From the IMG/VR virus record IMGVR_UViG_3300050190_000017: DNA of 64,000 nucleotides, one strand, 5' to 3'. This stretch comes from a virus. Taxonomy: Duplodnaviria > Heunggongvirae > Uroviricota > Caudoviricetes. Each line of letters begins with the position of its first letter. Positions within the stretch are counted from its first letter, which is position 1. The notes below the pieces were generated by a model, which saw only the letters and a list, made by a program, of their open reading frames with translations, was not told where the DNA came from and ran no database searches. Below are positions 9,319-17,612 of this stretch, piece after piece. The position numbers and the translations under genes are program-made.

Positions 9319-10308
9319 TTAAAGCTTAAGCTTGAAGAAGTCCTGCGTCACGTTGCAATCGTCATTGCGGAGTGAGAAGTAACGGCGAATGCCATTGCGG
9401 AGTTCTGGGTTACGTTCTGTCAGTTCGATAAGACCATCATGGCGACGAACCAAATCGAAATCTGGTTCAAAGTTGTTTTCGGTGAACACAGACCACCGCT
9501 CACCGTAGCGGCGGCTTTCCTTCGTACCATGCCAGGAGTGAACGATCATGCCTTGTACTGCACCGAGGTCGCCGTTCACTACATTCTTAAACTTAGTGAG
9601 GTGCTCGCGTACTCGTTGCTTATAGTTGTCTGAGGTTTCCCCGTGGATGCCTACTTCAATGTCACCTACACAAGCCCACGCCATCTGGTGGTCAGCAGTG
9701 CCTAAGACCGAGATGTCAAGGAGGCCATCAGTTTGCTCCCAAACAGAACGACGTGCTGCCCAACAATATCCTGGGTGTCTGTAGAGATTGTAATGTTTCT
9801 CACGTGGCTCTAAGCCTACAGTCTGATAGACGTAGGCAAAACTCTTGATAACCGAACCACCCTTCTCAGGGAAGACCAGTGGTTGTCCATCAGGACCGAG
9901 GTCAACAGCAGTGTTCCACATCTGCACTACTTTGTAGCGTTGCAGCTGAGAGATAGTGTCTTCAACGATATTCGGGTTGATGAAGGTAATGTCAGCATCA
10001 ATCCAGGCCAGATACTTAACGTCATCACCGTGGAGTTCAATAGCGCGATGAACACCAAGGTTAATCATGTTTTCTTTGCGGAACAATTCGTACTTGGCCC
10101 GCTTTTGAATGTGGTACGGATTACTGGCTTCCGTTACCTCGAAGTCCGCATCATTGAGTACAACCTCTACACTGTAGAGAGTGACCCCAAGTTCCTTCAT
10201 ATGAGCTTCAAACTTACGAAAGTTATTCAGTATGTTCTTGCTGTGATTGTGATTGAAGTAGACCGCTACAACGTGAAGACGTGCGGCCCCACTTAGTTTA
10301 GTTGGCAT
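9319..10308 (-). CDS. GT-A fold glycosyltransferase-like protein
   Basis: KENMINLG...AWIDAD (DxD), HPGYCWA and late HSWHG motifs. Confidence 0.65.
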   Translation of the reverse strand: MPTKLSGAARLHVVAVYFNHNHSKNILNNFRKFEAHMKELGVTLYSVEVVLNDADFEVTEASNPYHIQKRAKYELFRKENMINLGVHRAIELHGDDVKYLAWIDADITFINPNIVEDTISQLQRYKVVQMWNTAVDLGPDGQPLVFPEKGGSVIKSFAYVYQTVGLEPREKHYNLYRHPGYCWAARRSVWEQTDGLLDISVLGTADHQMAWACVGDIEVGIHGETSDNYKQRVREHLTKFKNVVNGDLGAVQGMIVHSWHGTKESRRYGERWSVFTENNFEPDFDLVRRHDGLIELTERNPELRNGIRRYFSLRNDDCNVTQDFFKLKL

Positions 10309-10347
10309 TCTTTAATACTCCAGTTTGAGCTTAGGGAGTCAGTGCGG

Positions 10348-10758
10348 CTATGCTAAGAAGAAAATGTCTGCAGCAGAATCATAGCCTTGGACGTTAGCAC
10401 TAGACTTCAAGGATAGTGATAAAGAGTAACCAAATTCATACTCAACTGGCCCTTTGAATTTATCGTAAATGCTATTCTCTACCACTACTAGTAGTCGGGT
10501 AGCTCCACGAAGCGTAGGGGCAAAGTCAGATTTCAAATTATTGACGTTGATAATCTCAGGACGGGTGTGGGGAATGTTAAGGTTAAGCCCTAGACGCGCG
10601 CAGGCAGCTTCTAAAGATTCGTCCGTGTCAACAACTAGGGTAACAAGTAGATCTGTCCCCTCAGGTAGAGCTTTCGCAACTTGCTCGGACCTTGAAGATA
10701 CTGCATTAAATACTTCAAGAAAATGTGCATCAATCATGGGGTACTCCCGGTTAGCCAA
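10348..10758 (-). CDS. Hypothetical protein
   Basis: 136-aa ORF overlapping upstream gene. Confidence 0.65.
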   Translation of the reverse strand: MANREYPMIDAHFLEVFNAVSSRSEQVAKALPEGTDLLVTLVVDTDESLEAACARLGLNLNIPHTRPEIINVNNLKSDFAPTLRGATRLLVVVENSIYDKFKGPVEYEFGYSLSLSLKSSANVQGYDSAADIFFLA

Positions 10759-11134
10759 TAAAGTCTACGTAGTTCACTACGTAGGACAAGCCCTCAAGTG
10801 CGAGGAGAGGAGGTACATCAGGTGTTTCGTAATAGACGTCAACACCGAACGCAACCCCTAGATACTTCTCACCGGGGCGTGCCTTATCAATCTCCGAGAA
10901 CTTAGTCACTATATCCATTGTGTTTACAAAGGACTCGGCAAGTGGGCAGGCAGGTTCAGGGAACTCGGCTTCTTCGGAGAACATACGCGCAACCAACAAA
11001 GCATACACCTCGTTAGAGAGTACTAACGACTTCAAGACTCGTTGATGGGCACAGCTGACTGCGGTAAAGACGTCCACAAGGGAACCTTCTGTGTTAAGGG
11101 TTCCTTGGTGAATATGATGCGACTTGGTAATCAT
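10751..11134 (-). CDS. Hypothetical protein
   Basis: 127-aa ORF with GGAG RBS. Confidence 0.7.
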   Translation of the reverse strand: MITKSHHIHQGTLNTEGSLVDVFTAVSCAHQRVLKSLVLSNEVYALLVARMFSEEAEFPEPACPLAESFVNTMDIVTKFSEIDKARPGEKYLGVAFGVDVYYETPDVPPLLALEGLSYVVNYVDFIG

Positions 11135-11153
11135 GGTAGTTCTCCAGTTTGAG

Positions 11154-11225
11154 TTATGCTTCTAAAAGGTGGCTAGGCAAATGGTACACAGGAGTGGCAA
11201 AATTCAATCGATTAGCTATACGCAC
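11154..11225 (-). CDS. 23-aa micro-protein, internally deleted paralog of 11761..11934
   Basis: GTG start with AGGAG RBS; MRIANRLNFATPVYHLPSHLLEA. Confidence 0.5.
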   Translation of the reverse strand: MRIANRLNFATPVYHLPSHLLEA

Positions 11226-11234
11226 TATGTGCTC

Positions 11235-11492
11235 CTACACTAGTACAATCTTAGTTTCAATATCTTGGTGCTTACTGAAAAGCTGGCTACCAGCAGGTTG
11301 TGATAATACGAAGTCATACAAACGAAGCGCAGTCTTAACAACTTCGTGGATGCTCGAGGCATCCGCCTTATCAACAAGGCTTTCAAGTAGATCCCGGCTG
11401 CCCGGAGTTAGTTCGATACTGACCTTTGATGCCCTACGCTTAGAAGTACCATCTAGGTTATCTTGTTTCATGTATTCATCTATTGACGGCAT
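11235..11492 (-). CDS. Ribbon-helix-helix-like DNA-binding protein
   Basis: KVSIEL strand then two helices (SIHEVVKTALRLY); resembles 53163..53390. Confidence 0.55.
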   Translation of the reverse strand: MPSIDEYMKQDNLDGTSKRRASKVSIELTPGSRDLLESLVDKADASSIHEVVKTALRLYDFVLSQPAGSQLFSKHQDIETKIVLV

Positions 11493-11555
11493 AACTCTCC
11501 TCTGTTATTGGTAGGCCGAGCTGGATTTGAATCACGATAGACTTTCGTCACCACA

Positions 11556-11759
11556 TTATGGGTGATTGAGGTCTATAACTAGACGCACGTATTTTTCAGA
11601 ATCAACTAGTTGAACATCTTCTACGTCGCCCCAGGTGACATTAGGATTGCCTAGATGTACTTCTGTATGCCAGTGTACCAAGGCGTCACCTAACCCAGAG
11701 TTAATGAGCGGTTTAATCTTGTTGAACAGCGCTTCGAGAGTCATAGCTTTCTTTTTCAT
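11556..11759 (-). CDS. Hypothetical protein
   Basis: 67-aa ORF. Confidence 0.6.
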   Translation of the reverse strand: MKKKAMTLEALFNKIKPLINSGLGDALVHWHTEVHLGNPNVTWGDVEDVQLVDSEKYVRLVIDLNHP

Positions 11760-11760
11760 T

Positions 11761-11934
11761 CTAGGCTTCTAATAGGTGTCTAGGCAAATGGTACATAAGA
11801 GTAGAGAACCCTAGACCAAGATGGAACCCACTCCAACGAGGAGGTTTGTCACCTTGGTAGTAGTCGTAGTTGGTATAGTACAGGCCAACCCATTTACCCC
11901 AGTAGCTGAAGCTGAGTCGATTAGTTAATCTCAT
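11761..11934 (-). CDS. 57-aa aromatic-rich hypothetical protein
   Basis: Hand-translated MRLTNRLSF...STLMYHLPRHLLEA; ATGA overlap with upstream frame. Confidence 0.6.
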   Translation of the reverse strand: MRLTNRLSFSYWGKWVGLYYTNYDYYQGDKPPRWSGFHLGLGFSTLMYHLPRHLLEA

Positions 11935-12159
11935 TTTGGATTAGTAACCAGGGTCATACTTGCGTACCAACGGGACAACGGGCGGGAATACGCTTTACCG
12001 TTACCATCGTTAATGTACACAACAGTGGTCGGGTACTTAGAGGCGTCCTTTGTCTCAATGTTGGTAATTATTAGCACTCGGTACTCGTTGCCATTAGAAT
12101 GTTTCCAGTAGGTCCCTAGTGCTGGGGGTTCTCAATAAGGCTAATGGGGTGGGGAGCAT
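11931..12159 (-). pseudogene. DUF1653-like gene split by a +1 frameshift (or sequence error)
   Basis: ATG 12159 with GAGG RBS stops after 21 aa; the shifted frame at the C5 run (12124..12128) reads PALGTYWKHSNGNEYRV...VVY...SRPLSRW and ends in an ATGA overlap. Confidence 0.55.
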
Positions 12160-12247
12160 CTACGTGCCTCAGTCGGTCTAGGGTTAATTGGGCAATGACC
12201 GCCAAGCCTTACCTAACATCACCGCAGACTTAGTGCAGATGCTCCCC
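12151..12247 (-). ncRNA. Candidate structured RNA or 5' leader (extended hairpin)
   Basis: Perfect 11-bp terminal stem GGGGAGCATCT/AGATGCTCCCC with nested shorter helices; starts 7 nt after TGTAAATA at 12254..12261. Confidence 0.4.
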
Positions 12248-12256
12248 AGTTACTAT

Positions 12257-12709
12257 TTACATAGGTTGAACAGCTTGCATCAAACGTGTGAGTACAACGT
12301 TGAGACAGTTAGGGTCGAAGCGCCAGCCTTCGACAAAGCCTAGAGCATAGGCACAGGCTTCACTGCAGAAGTCATCCTTAGTATCGGGACGGAGGATACC
12401 TAAGACGAAACGTGCATCGCCCCAATAGCTATACCCCTTACCTTCGTTGGCAGTGAACCAGTCTATAGCTGCTTGTTCATCTAGGCCGTCAAGGTCCATC
12501 AATTCCCACTGCGTCGTATCAGTGAAGTCGATAGAACCAGGAGTAGTAAATCGTACACCGGCACCGGGAACAGAGGAAGCTGAACGGCCGTCTGAGAATA
12601 CAAGTTCACAATGGGTGTACGTGCCGGCTGTCTGGGTCTGTATAGCCCAATCAAGAATAGCACCTAGGCCGGTAGATGTGCCCTTAAAGAACGCTGCTTG
12701 GAATGTCAT
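12257..12709 (-). CDS. Permuted papain-like (NlpC/P60, YiiX-type) hydrolase
   Basis: His motif YTHCEL precedes Cys motif FCSE; GKGYSY. Confidence 0.7.
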   Translation of the reverse strand: MTFQAAFFKGTSTGLGAILDWAIQTQTAGTYTHCELVFSDGRSASSVPGAGVRFTTPGSIDFTDTTQWELMDLDGLDEQAAIDWFTANEGKGYSYWGDARFVLGILRPDTKDDFCSEACAYALGFVEGWRFDPNCLNVVLTRLMQAVQPM

Positions 12710-12739
12710 AGTGTTACTCCTGTGGTAGACAGGATAAAA

Positions 12740-12934
12740 TTAGAGTTTGACTACTCTACCATCACAAAGACAAGTTAGATAATTGTAAGGGACATGTCGA
12801 GGGTGATCGTAATATTTGTAGCCACAAATTACACACAAGTTATCTCCGCCTACTCGATAGGAATCTGGTACCTCGTACTTACCACTTTGCCTCATGTGCT
12901 CCATTTGTATTTCGTCCCGCTCTAGGAAGAACAT
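12740..12934 (-). CDS. Small Cys/His-rich protein
   Basis: CVICG..H..H..CLC. Confidence 0.6.
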   Translation of the reverse strand: MFFLERDEIQMEHMRQSGKYEVPDSYRVGGDNLCVICGYKYYDHPRHVPYNYLTCLCDGRVVKL

Positions 12935-12937
12935 AGG

Positions 12938-13423
12938 TTACAGTGAGCTAGGGATACCGGGGATACCAGGAGTCTCGTAGCCCTCTGCAGTTGTCGTGGT
13001 ATCGCACCCACCATCCGATGTGTACTGACCATTGGCATTGGTGTAGTTCCGGCTAGTCATAACTTGTTGGCGAACAACGTTAGGAGCGAACACCGTCTTG
13101 AGGGCATCCTTGTATGCTGCCGATACTGCGTTAGCAACAGCTGCAGTCTTCTCGTGCTCAGTGACCTTCAGTTCACGCTTAACCAATTCTTGCTCACGGG
13201 TCTTCCAGTCTATTACTAGACCATTAGCCATCGCGAGTTGGTTACTGAGGGTGCTACGTTCTGCCTTGGAATCCTTGAGTTGAGCTTCCAACTTTAGATT
13301 GGAGTCTTCAAGGTGCTCTGCCTTAACCTTCAGCTCCTGGATTGCCTGGAGAGCATCCATCGTGAAGGTCTTTTCCGTTACCAGCTTGTCGATCATTGCG
13401 GTCAAGTTACTTGCGTTACTCAT
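12938..13423 (-). CDS. Coiled-coil hypothetical protein
   Basis: 161 aa with heptad-like pattern. Confidence 0.75.
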   Translation of the reverse strand: MSNASNLTAMIDKLVTEKTFTMDALQAIQELKVKAEHLEDSNLKLEAQLKDSKAERSTLSNQLAMANGLVIDWKTREQELVKRELKVTEHEKTAAVANAVSAAYKDALKTVFAPNVVRQQVMTSRNYTNANGQYTSDGGCDTTTTAEGYETPGIPGIPSSL

Positions 13424-13703
13424 GTGCTTCTCCGGATGTAATGTTGTGGATTTGTACGAACTTTAGGGCGTCGGCTTTGACTGTTTCTTCCTCAGTCTGT
13501 GGGCCGGCACCTAAAACAATTGCGAGGTCCTTAAAGAACTCCTCGCAGTCGAAACTGATTTCAAGCTTCTTAGAACCATCAGGTAGTACAGCGATTATAC
13601 CTAGCTGCGCCGGACCGAGCTTCTTCGCTTCGGAAACAGCGTGCCGAAAGTAGGGTAAGGCGCCCAGGAGGTTAATCTTTGCTAGGCCAGCGTCGTCACT
13701 CAT
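13416..13703 (-). CDS. Hypothetical protein
   Basis: ATG 13703 overlaps the upstream stop. Confidence 0.7.
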   Translation of the reverse strand: MSDDAGLAKINLLGALPYFRHAVSEAKKLGPAQLGIIAVLPDGSKKLEISFDCEEFFKDLAIVLGAGPQTEEETVKADALKFVQIHNITSGEAHE

Positions 13704-14190
13704 ACGTTGCTCCGTCTTTATCAATGGTTAGGTTTAAGGTAATATACTCAGCAGGCTTTACAGGTGTGAAAAACATATCCACAGGTGCGTACTCACCGAG
13801 TGTATGACGTGCAAGCCTACGTAGAAGCCTACGACTCTTATGCGGCCCTTGGCGGCCTTTCAAAGCCCAGTAATCCGCACGGTGTTCAGATAGAGCTCCC
13901 GTTATGGTATCCCGGCGGTGCTCAATCACATAACCCTTCTTGGTGATCCGAAACTTGTAGACGACGTAAGGGGTACCCACATTAACTGAGAAGTCCTCAA
14001 TAGACTTCTGGTTCTTCATAGACTCCAGGTAGTGCTCAGAAACTTCCATCAGCCATTCAGTTAGTGGTCCGTGGGAAGGCTCTAGCATGATGTTAGGGAC
14101 AGCAAGCGCTTCGGTAATTCTACGCTGTATCTCGGCGACGGTGTCGGGTAGCAGAGGGCAACCATCTTGATTGAATTCAAGATCAGTCAT
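13696..14190 (-). CDS. Hypothetical protein
   Basis: 164 aa, ATGA coupling. Confidence 0.7.
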   Translation of the reverse strand: MTDLEFNQDGCPLLPDTVAEIQRRITEALAVPNIMLEPSHGPLTEWLMEVSEHYLESMKNQKSIEDFSVNVGTPYVVYKFRITKKGYVIEHRRDTITGALSEHRADYWALKGRQGPHKSRRLLRRLARHTLGEYAPVDMFFTPVKPAEYITLNLTIDKDGATYE

Positions 14191-14459
14191 GAGATATCCC
14201 TATAGTGTATAAAGTCATGCACTGCTTGTTTTATACCTTCGTCGAATTCATTTTGGTGGAAGGGATTATGTGCAAGCTCTAGCAGGGAGTCTGGGGTACT
14301 CTCGTTCCGGAGTAGTGTTGACGCGGCGTGGACGTAACCTCGGTTGTATAAGTTGACCTTGCTGGTAGTGCTGTTCATAGAGAACAGCCGGGTGACCACT
14401 ATGTATAAGCAGGTTCCGGCCACTACAACTGCAAAGTCTATTAGTATCTGGTGGTTCAT
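14187..14459 (-). CDS. Membrane-anchored hypothetical protein
   Basis: N-terminal TM helix, GGAGG RBS. Confidence 0.7.
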   Translation of the reverse strand: MNHQILIDFAVVVAGTCLYIVVTRLFSMNSTTSKVNLYNRGYVHAASTLLRNESTPDSLLELAHNPFHQNEFDEGIKQAVHDFIHYRDIS

Positions 14460-14481
14460 ACTACCCTCCTATGTAGTGATC

Positions 14482-14832
14482 TTAATACCCGTTTTCATCA
14501 CTATGTTGCCTAACAGTCTTGCCAAACATATCGGAGTCGTTGACGTACACAGAGTCTTTGTAGATGTAGTCCTCGTACTCAGTGCACGCACCATCCAGAT
14601 CCAGATCGTCTTCATGAATTACCTTGTGAATATTAAAGACCCGAATTCGTGCAACTAGGGAGGTGAAGTGTGTCCGCGTAATAGCAGAAGTCTCGCTTCC
14701 CATCGCCTGCTTGATAATCTCCTCATCTGTGGCCCCGTCCCACATTGGCTGTACTATGGAATACTTACTGTACTTACCAAGGCAGAAGATTTCTTTACGG
14801 CTAAGATTTATACCGTAGTGTAGAGTACCCAT
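14482..14832 (-). CDS. Hypothetical protein
   Basis: 116-aa ORF. Confidence 0.7.
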   Translation of the reverse strand: MGTLHYGINLSRKEIFCLGKYSKYSIVQPMWDGATDEEIIKQAMGSETSAITRTHFTSLVARIRVFNIHKVIHEDDLDLDGACTEYEDYIYKDSVYVNDSDMFGKTVRQHSDENGY

Positions 14833-14834
14833 GA

Positions 14835-15431
14835 TTAGTCTGCCTTCCCGTGGTGTTCGATCGATACCCGATCTTCAAATAGTATAGTAATGTCCTCAAA
14901 GGAGAAAGGGCGATGGGTGCCCAGTACCCTATAGGCATTGTCGAAGCCTACGTCCAAGATTCGTTTATCTGCAAGGTTGGCTTTCTCGTAATCAAAGTCT
15001 CCGTGGGTGTGCCCATGCAACATCCAAGAGCCGTGGTGGCCAGCACTCCATTGGGCGATTGGGTAGTGACAGCAGATAACCCGTTTCCTATTAAGCTTGA
15101 ACTCCGAGAGGATGCTAACGGAAGCAAACAGTCCTGACATTTGATAGAAGTCAGCCAGACGTTGATCGTGGTTGCCTAACACTAGATGCTTCTTACCGTT
15201 GATCGACTCAATGAGAGATCCTGAATGCCACTTCTTGTGAAACGATACGTCACCTAGGATGTACAGTTCGTCTGTAGGCTTGACGTAGTAGTTAAGCTCT
15301 CCGATAACCCACTCATCGTGTTCAGTAATAGCAGGCCGCATTGCGGATAACGGACACTGCGCCCTACGGTTGGTGAATTCGAGAATAGGCTCGTGACCTA
15401 AGTGAAGGTCGGAAGTAAACCAAGTAGTCAT
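14835..15431 (-). CDS. Calcineurin-like metallophosphoesterase
   Basis: DLHLGH, LGDV, GNHD, HYP, HGHTH. Confidence 0.9.
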   Translation of the reverse strand: MTTWFTSDLHLGHEPILEFTNRRAQCPLSAMRPAITEHDEWVIGELNYYVKPTDELYILGDVSFHKKWHSGSLIESINGKKHLVLGNHDQRLADFYQMSGLFASVSILSEFKLNRKRVICCHYPIAQWSAGHHGSWMLHGHTHGDFDYEKANLADKRILDVGFDNAYRVLGTHRPFSFEDITILFEDRVSIEHHGKAD

Positions 15432-16186
15432 CGGTACTGCTCCCAAGGGAAGACGTGCCAGTCGGTATCCAGGACCTCACTGCGAAAACTATTCAGTACA
15501 CGGCCACAGTAGTCAACATCTTTAAAGCTGCTACTCTTCTTGTTCAGGAGTACCGCGTAGTGTACATTCTGGCAGGGGAGCCCTAGGCCAGTGCTCCAGT
15601 TGGATTGGATGTAGCTTAAGGTCTTTCCTGAATCATTAATATCATCGACAACAAGAGCAGCCGGCCAGAAGAGCTCCTCAGCAACTGCAGGCAGCTTCGA
15701 TAGGTTATGATTTGCGTTATCCCGAAACGAAACACTCAAGACATGGAGTGGGACTTTGAAATAGTGTGAAAGCATAACTGCTGGAACTAGGCCACCACGT
15801 GCTACACCTACTATGTAGTCAGGAGTCCAGTCATCATCTATCATCTGCTGCACTATAGAGTCCAGCCAACGTAATACATCTTCATTAGTCCAATACACTT
15901 TGGTCTGCCCTGTACTCACCAGTGGGGTAGTAGGCGGCCATACAGCCTCCTCTTTAACTTGTATGTTTAGGTATTGACCTCGTATATGCTGAGACTGCAT
16001 ACCAGGGTTAAACTTGAAGTATTGGACAGGAACTACTTCACCATAGTTGTTATAAGGCTTTACCCAGTTATTCCACTTTACTACCACTTCACGCTGCTCT
16101 GCTATAGCGAGTGCCATCGCAGTCTCAGCTAGTGCTTTATATTCCGGCCAGTCTCCTGTACCTTCAAAATCGTATGATAGGGTCAT
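15428..16186 (-). CDS. Type I phosphoribosyltransferase (Gpt/HPRT-like) with N-terminal extension
   Basis: GVARGGLVPA, PRPP loop VVDDINDSGKT, C-terminal WHVFPWE. Confidence 0.85.
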   Translation of the reverse strand: MTLSYDFEGTGDWPEYKALAETAMALAIAEQREVVVKWNNWVKPYNNYGEVVPVQYFKFNPGMQSQHIRGQYLNIQVKEEAVWPPTTPLVSTGQTKVYWTNEDVLRWLDSIVQQMIDDDWTPDYIVGVARGGLVPAVMLSHYFKVPLHVLSVSFRDNANHNLSKLPAVAEELFWPAALVVDDINDSGKTLSYIQSNWSTGLGLPCQNVHYAVLLNKKSSSFKDVDYCGRVLNSFRSEVLDTDWHVFPWEQYR

Positions 16187-16192
16187 CTGTTC

Positions 16193-16405
16193 TTACTGTA
16201 GTTGAAATGGTTGGTAGTGGTAGTGCGACTCTACCTCTAGGTATTCGGTGCGAGCTACAGGCTGCATTCTCCCGCACTCTCGAGCCATTACTTGTTCTGC
16301 GTGAGCTTCGGCTATGTCTCGTGCGCGATTGTAGACCTGCTGTTCTTCAGCAGTGCGAGCGTTATACGAGGAGGCGATAATGCTAAGTGCGTCTAAAAGG
16401 TCCAT
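16193..16405 (-). CDS. Hypothetical protein
   Basis: 70 aa, GGAG RBS. Confidence 0.65.
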   Translation of the reverse strand: MDLLDALSIIASSYNARTAEEQQVYNRARDIAEAHAEQVMARECGRMQPVARTEYLEVESHYHYQPFQLQ

Positions 16406-16422
16406 GAGATACTCCAGTAGAT

Positions 16423-16430
16423 TATTTATA
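16423..16430 (-). promoter_or_regulatory. TATAAATA motif (identical to the T4 late promoter consensus)
   Basis: Intergenic, 17 nt upstream of ATG 16405. Confidence 0.55.
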
Positions 16431-16517
16431 GTTCATTAATTCTAAAGGGCATACTCAGTAAGGCTAGTTGTTATAGTAATCCTCTTCTAGTGCTCTGCTG
16501 CTATTCTCTACTACGTG

Positions 16518-16742
16518 TTACTCGGTGAACCCTGGATCGTCACCATTATCATAGCGATTATACAGACGTCGGGATTCAGCGAGTAACTGCTGACTCCGCT
16601 CGTCATTAGCTGTGCAAGAGAAGCCCGAAGCTTCTCCGATAGTTGCTTGTACCTCGTGCCAGTAGGCCAATGCTTTGAGGGCAGTGGGTGATTCTGATAA
16701 CGCCTTGATCTCTGCTTCAGTAAATTTAATCCGCTGCGTCAT
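16518..16742 (-). CDS. Hypothetical protein
   Basis: 74 aa, AAGGA RBS. Confidence 0.7.
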   Translation of the reverse strand: MTQRIKFTEAEIKALSESPTALKALAYWHEVQATIGEASGFSCTANDERSQQLLAESRRLYNRYDNGDDPGFTE

Positions 16743-17595
16743 CTCTATGTTCCTTAGGTAATGAGCTCTCCATCTCCACTAGGTAGCCGTTAGCGTTGCC
16801 CCAAGCCACTGCGTCGGAGAAGAACTCCCATTCTCGTCCGGGGACGCTACCTAGAACCCAACGGTCTCCTTTCTCAGTAGGCACGGAGTAGCATATGGTC
16901 TTCCCTAGATATAAACCTTTATTTAGTGCTTCGACTCGTGCCTGAGCTTTAGCCGTTACTTCTTCCAGTATCCCGTCTTCCTTTAGAACTTCATCGAAGT
17001 TGGAACCAATATGCGTGTGTGCCTCAACTTGTTCTTTAAAAGCAGGATCTAAGTAGTACCGCTGACACTTCTGTAAGTCTGCTACGTTAGTTTCAATGTG
17101 AAACTGCGCACCTGGGTGATTAGGTGACGGATCTACAGGATAGTCAGGCGAAGGCATCCAGGGGAGATTGCCAGGGTGTACAACTACCTCGTGGATTGTA
17201 TAATGTGTAGCGCTCTTCCACTCAGTGTGAGTCTCTGCGATGACCGATAGGATCTTCCCTTCTTCATCTTGTCTTGTAACTGCTACGATACAACCTTCCT
17301 CGTTATAGGAGGCTGTGACACAACCACGAGGATCAGTGTACTCCTCTATCGTAGTAGGAAGCAGTGCGTCAATAGGATTAACTAAAATCTCACCAGAGGC
17401 TGCATCGTGTAGTGCGTCTAGGAAACGTACCGGGGCTCCTACAAGTCCTGCCATCTGGTACAGTGCTGCACACAGATCTTTGTACTGCTCTAGCTTTGAG
17501 GCCAAGGCATCGTAGTCAAAAGCTGACACCCAGCTACCTGAGTCTACGGCAGGGCACATTGCACTACCAATCTGTAAGTATCGTTGGACTTTCAT
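16726..17595 (-). CDS. Hypothetical mosaic protein
   Basis: ATG 17595 with AGGAG RBS; contains HIGSNFDEVLKEDGILEEV segment. Confidence 0.75.
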   Translation of the reverse strand: MKVQRYLQIGSAMCPAVDSGSWVSAFDYDALASKLEQYKDLCAALYQMAGLVGAPVRFLDALHDAASGEILVNPIDALLPTTIEEYTDPRGCVTASYNEEGCIVAVTRQDEEGKILSVIAETHTEWKSATHYTIHEVVVHPGNLPWMPSPDYPVDPSPNHPGAQFHIETNVADLQKCQRYYLDPAFKEQVEAHTHIGSNFDEVLKEDGILEEVTAKAQARVEALNKGLYLGKTICYSVPTEKGDRWVLGSVPGREWEFFSDAVAWGNANGYLVEMESSLPKEHRDDAAD

Positions 17596-17612
17596 TTGCA
17601 ATTCTCCTTGGG

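Noticed and set aside
12151-12247. Identification as SRP RNA, tmRNA or Y RNA
   Set aside because: It lacks the SRP helix-8 CAGG/GNRA/AGCA motif and any T-loop, so it is kept only as an unassigned structured candidate.
13696-14190. Tail-sheath-like C-terminus (FTPVKPAEYITL) and portal-like segment
   Set aside because: Only short motifs in a 164-aa protein; insufficient for a structural call.
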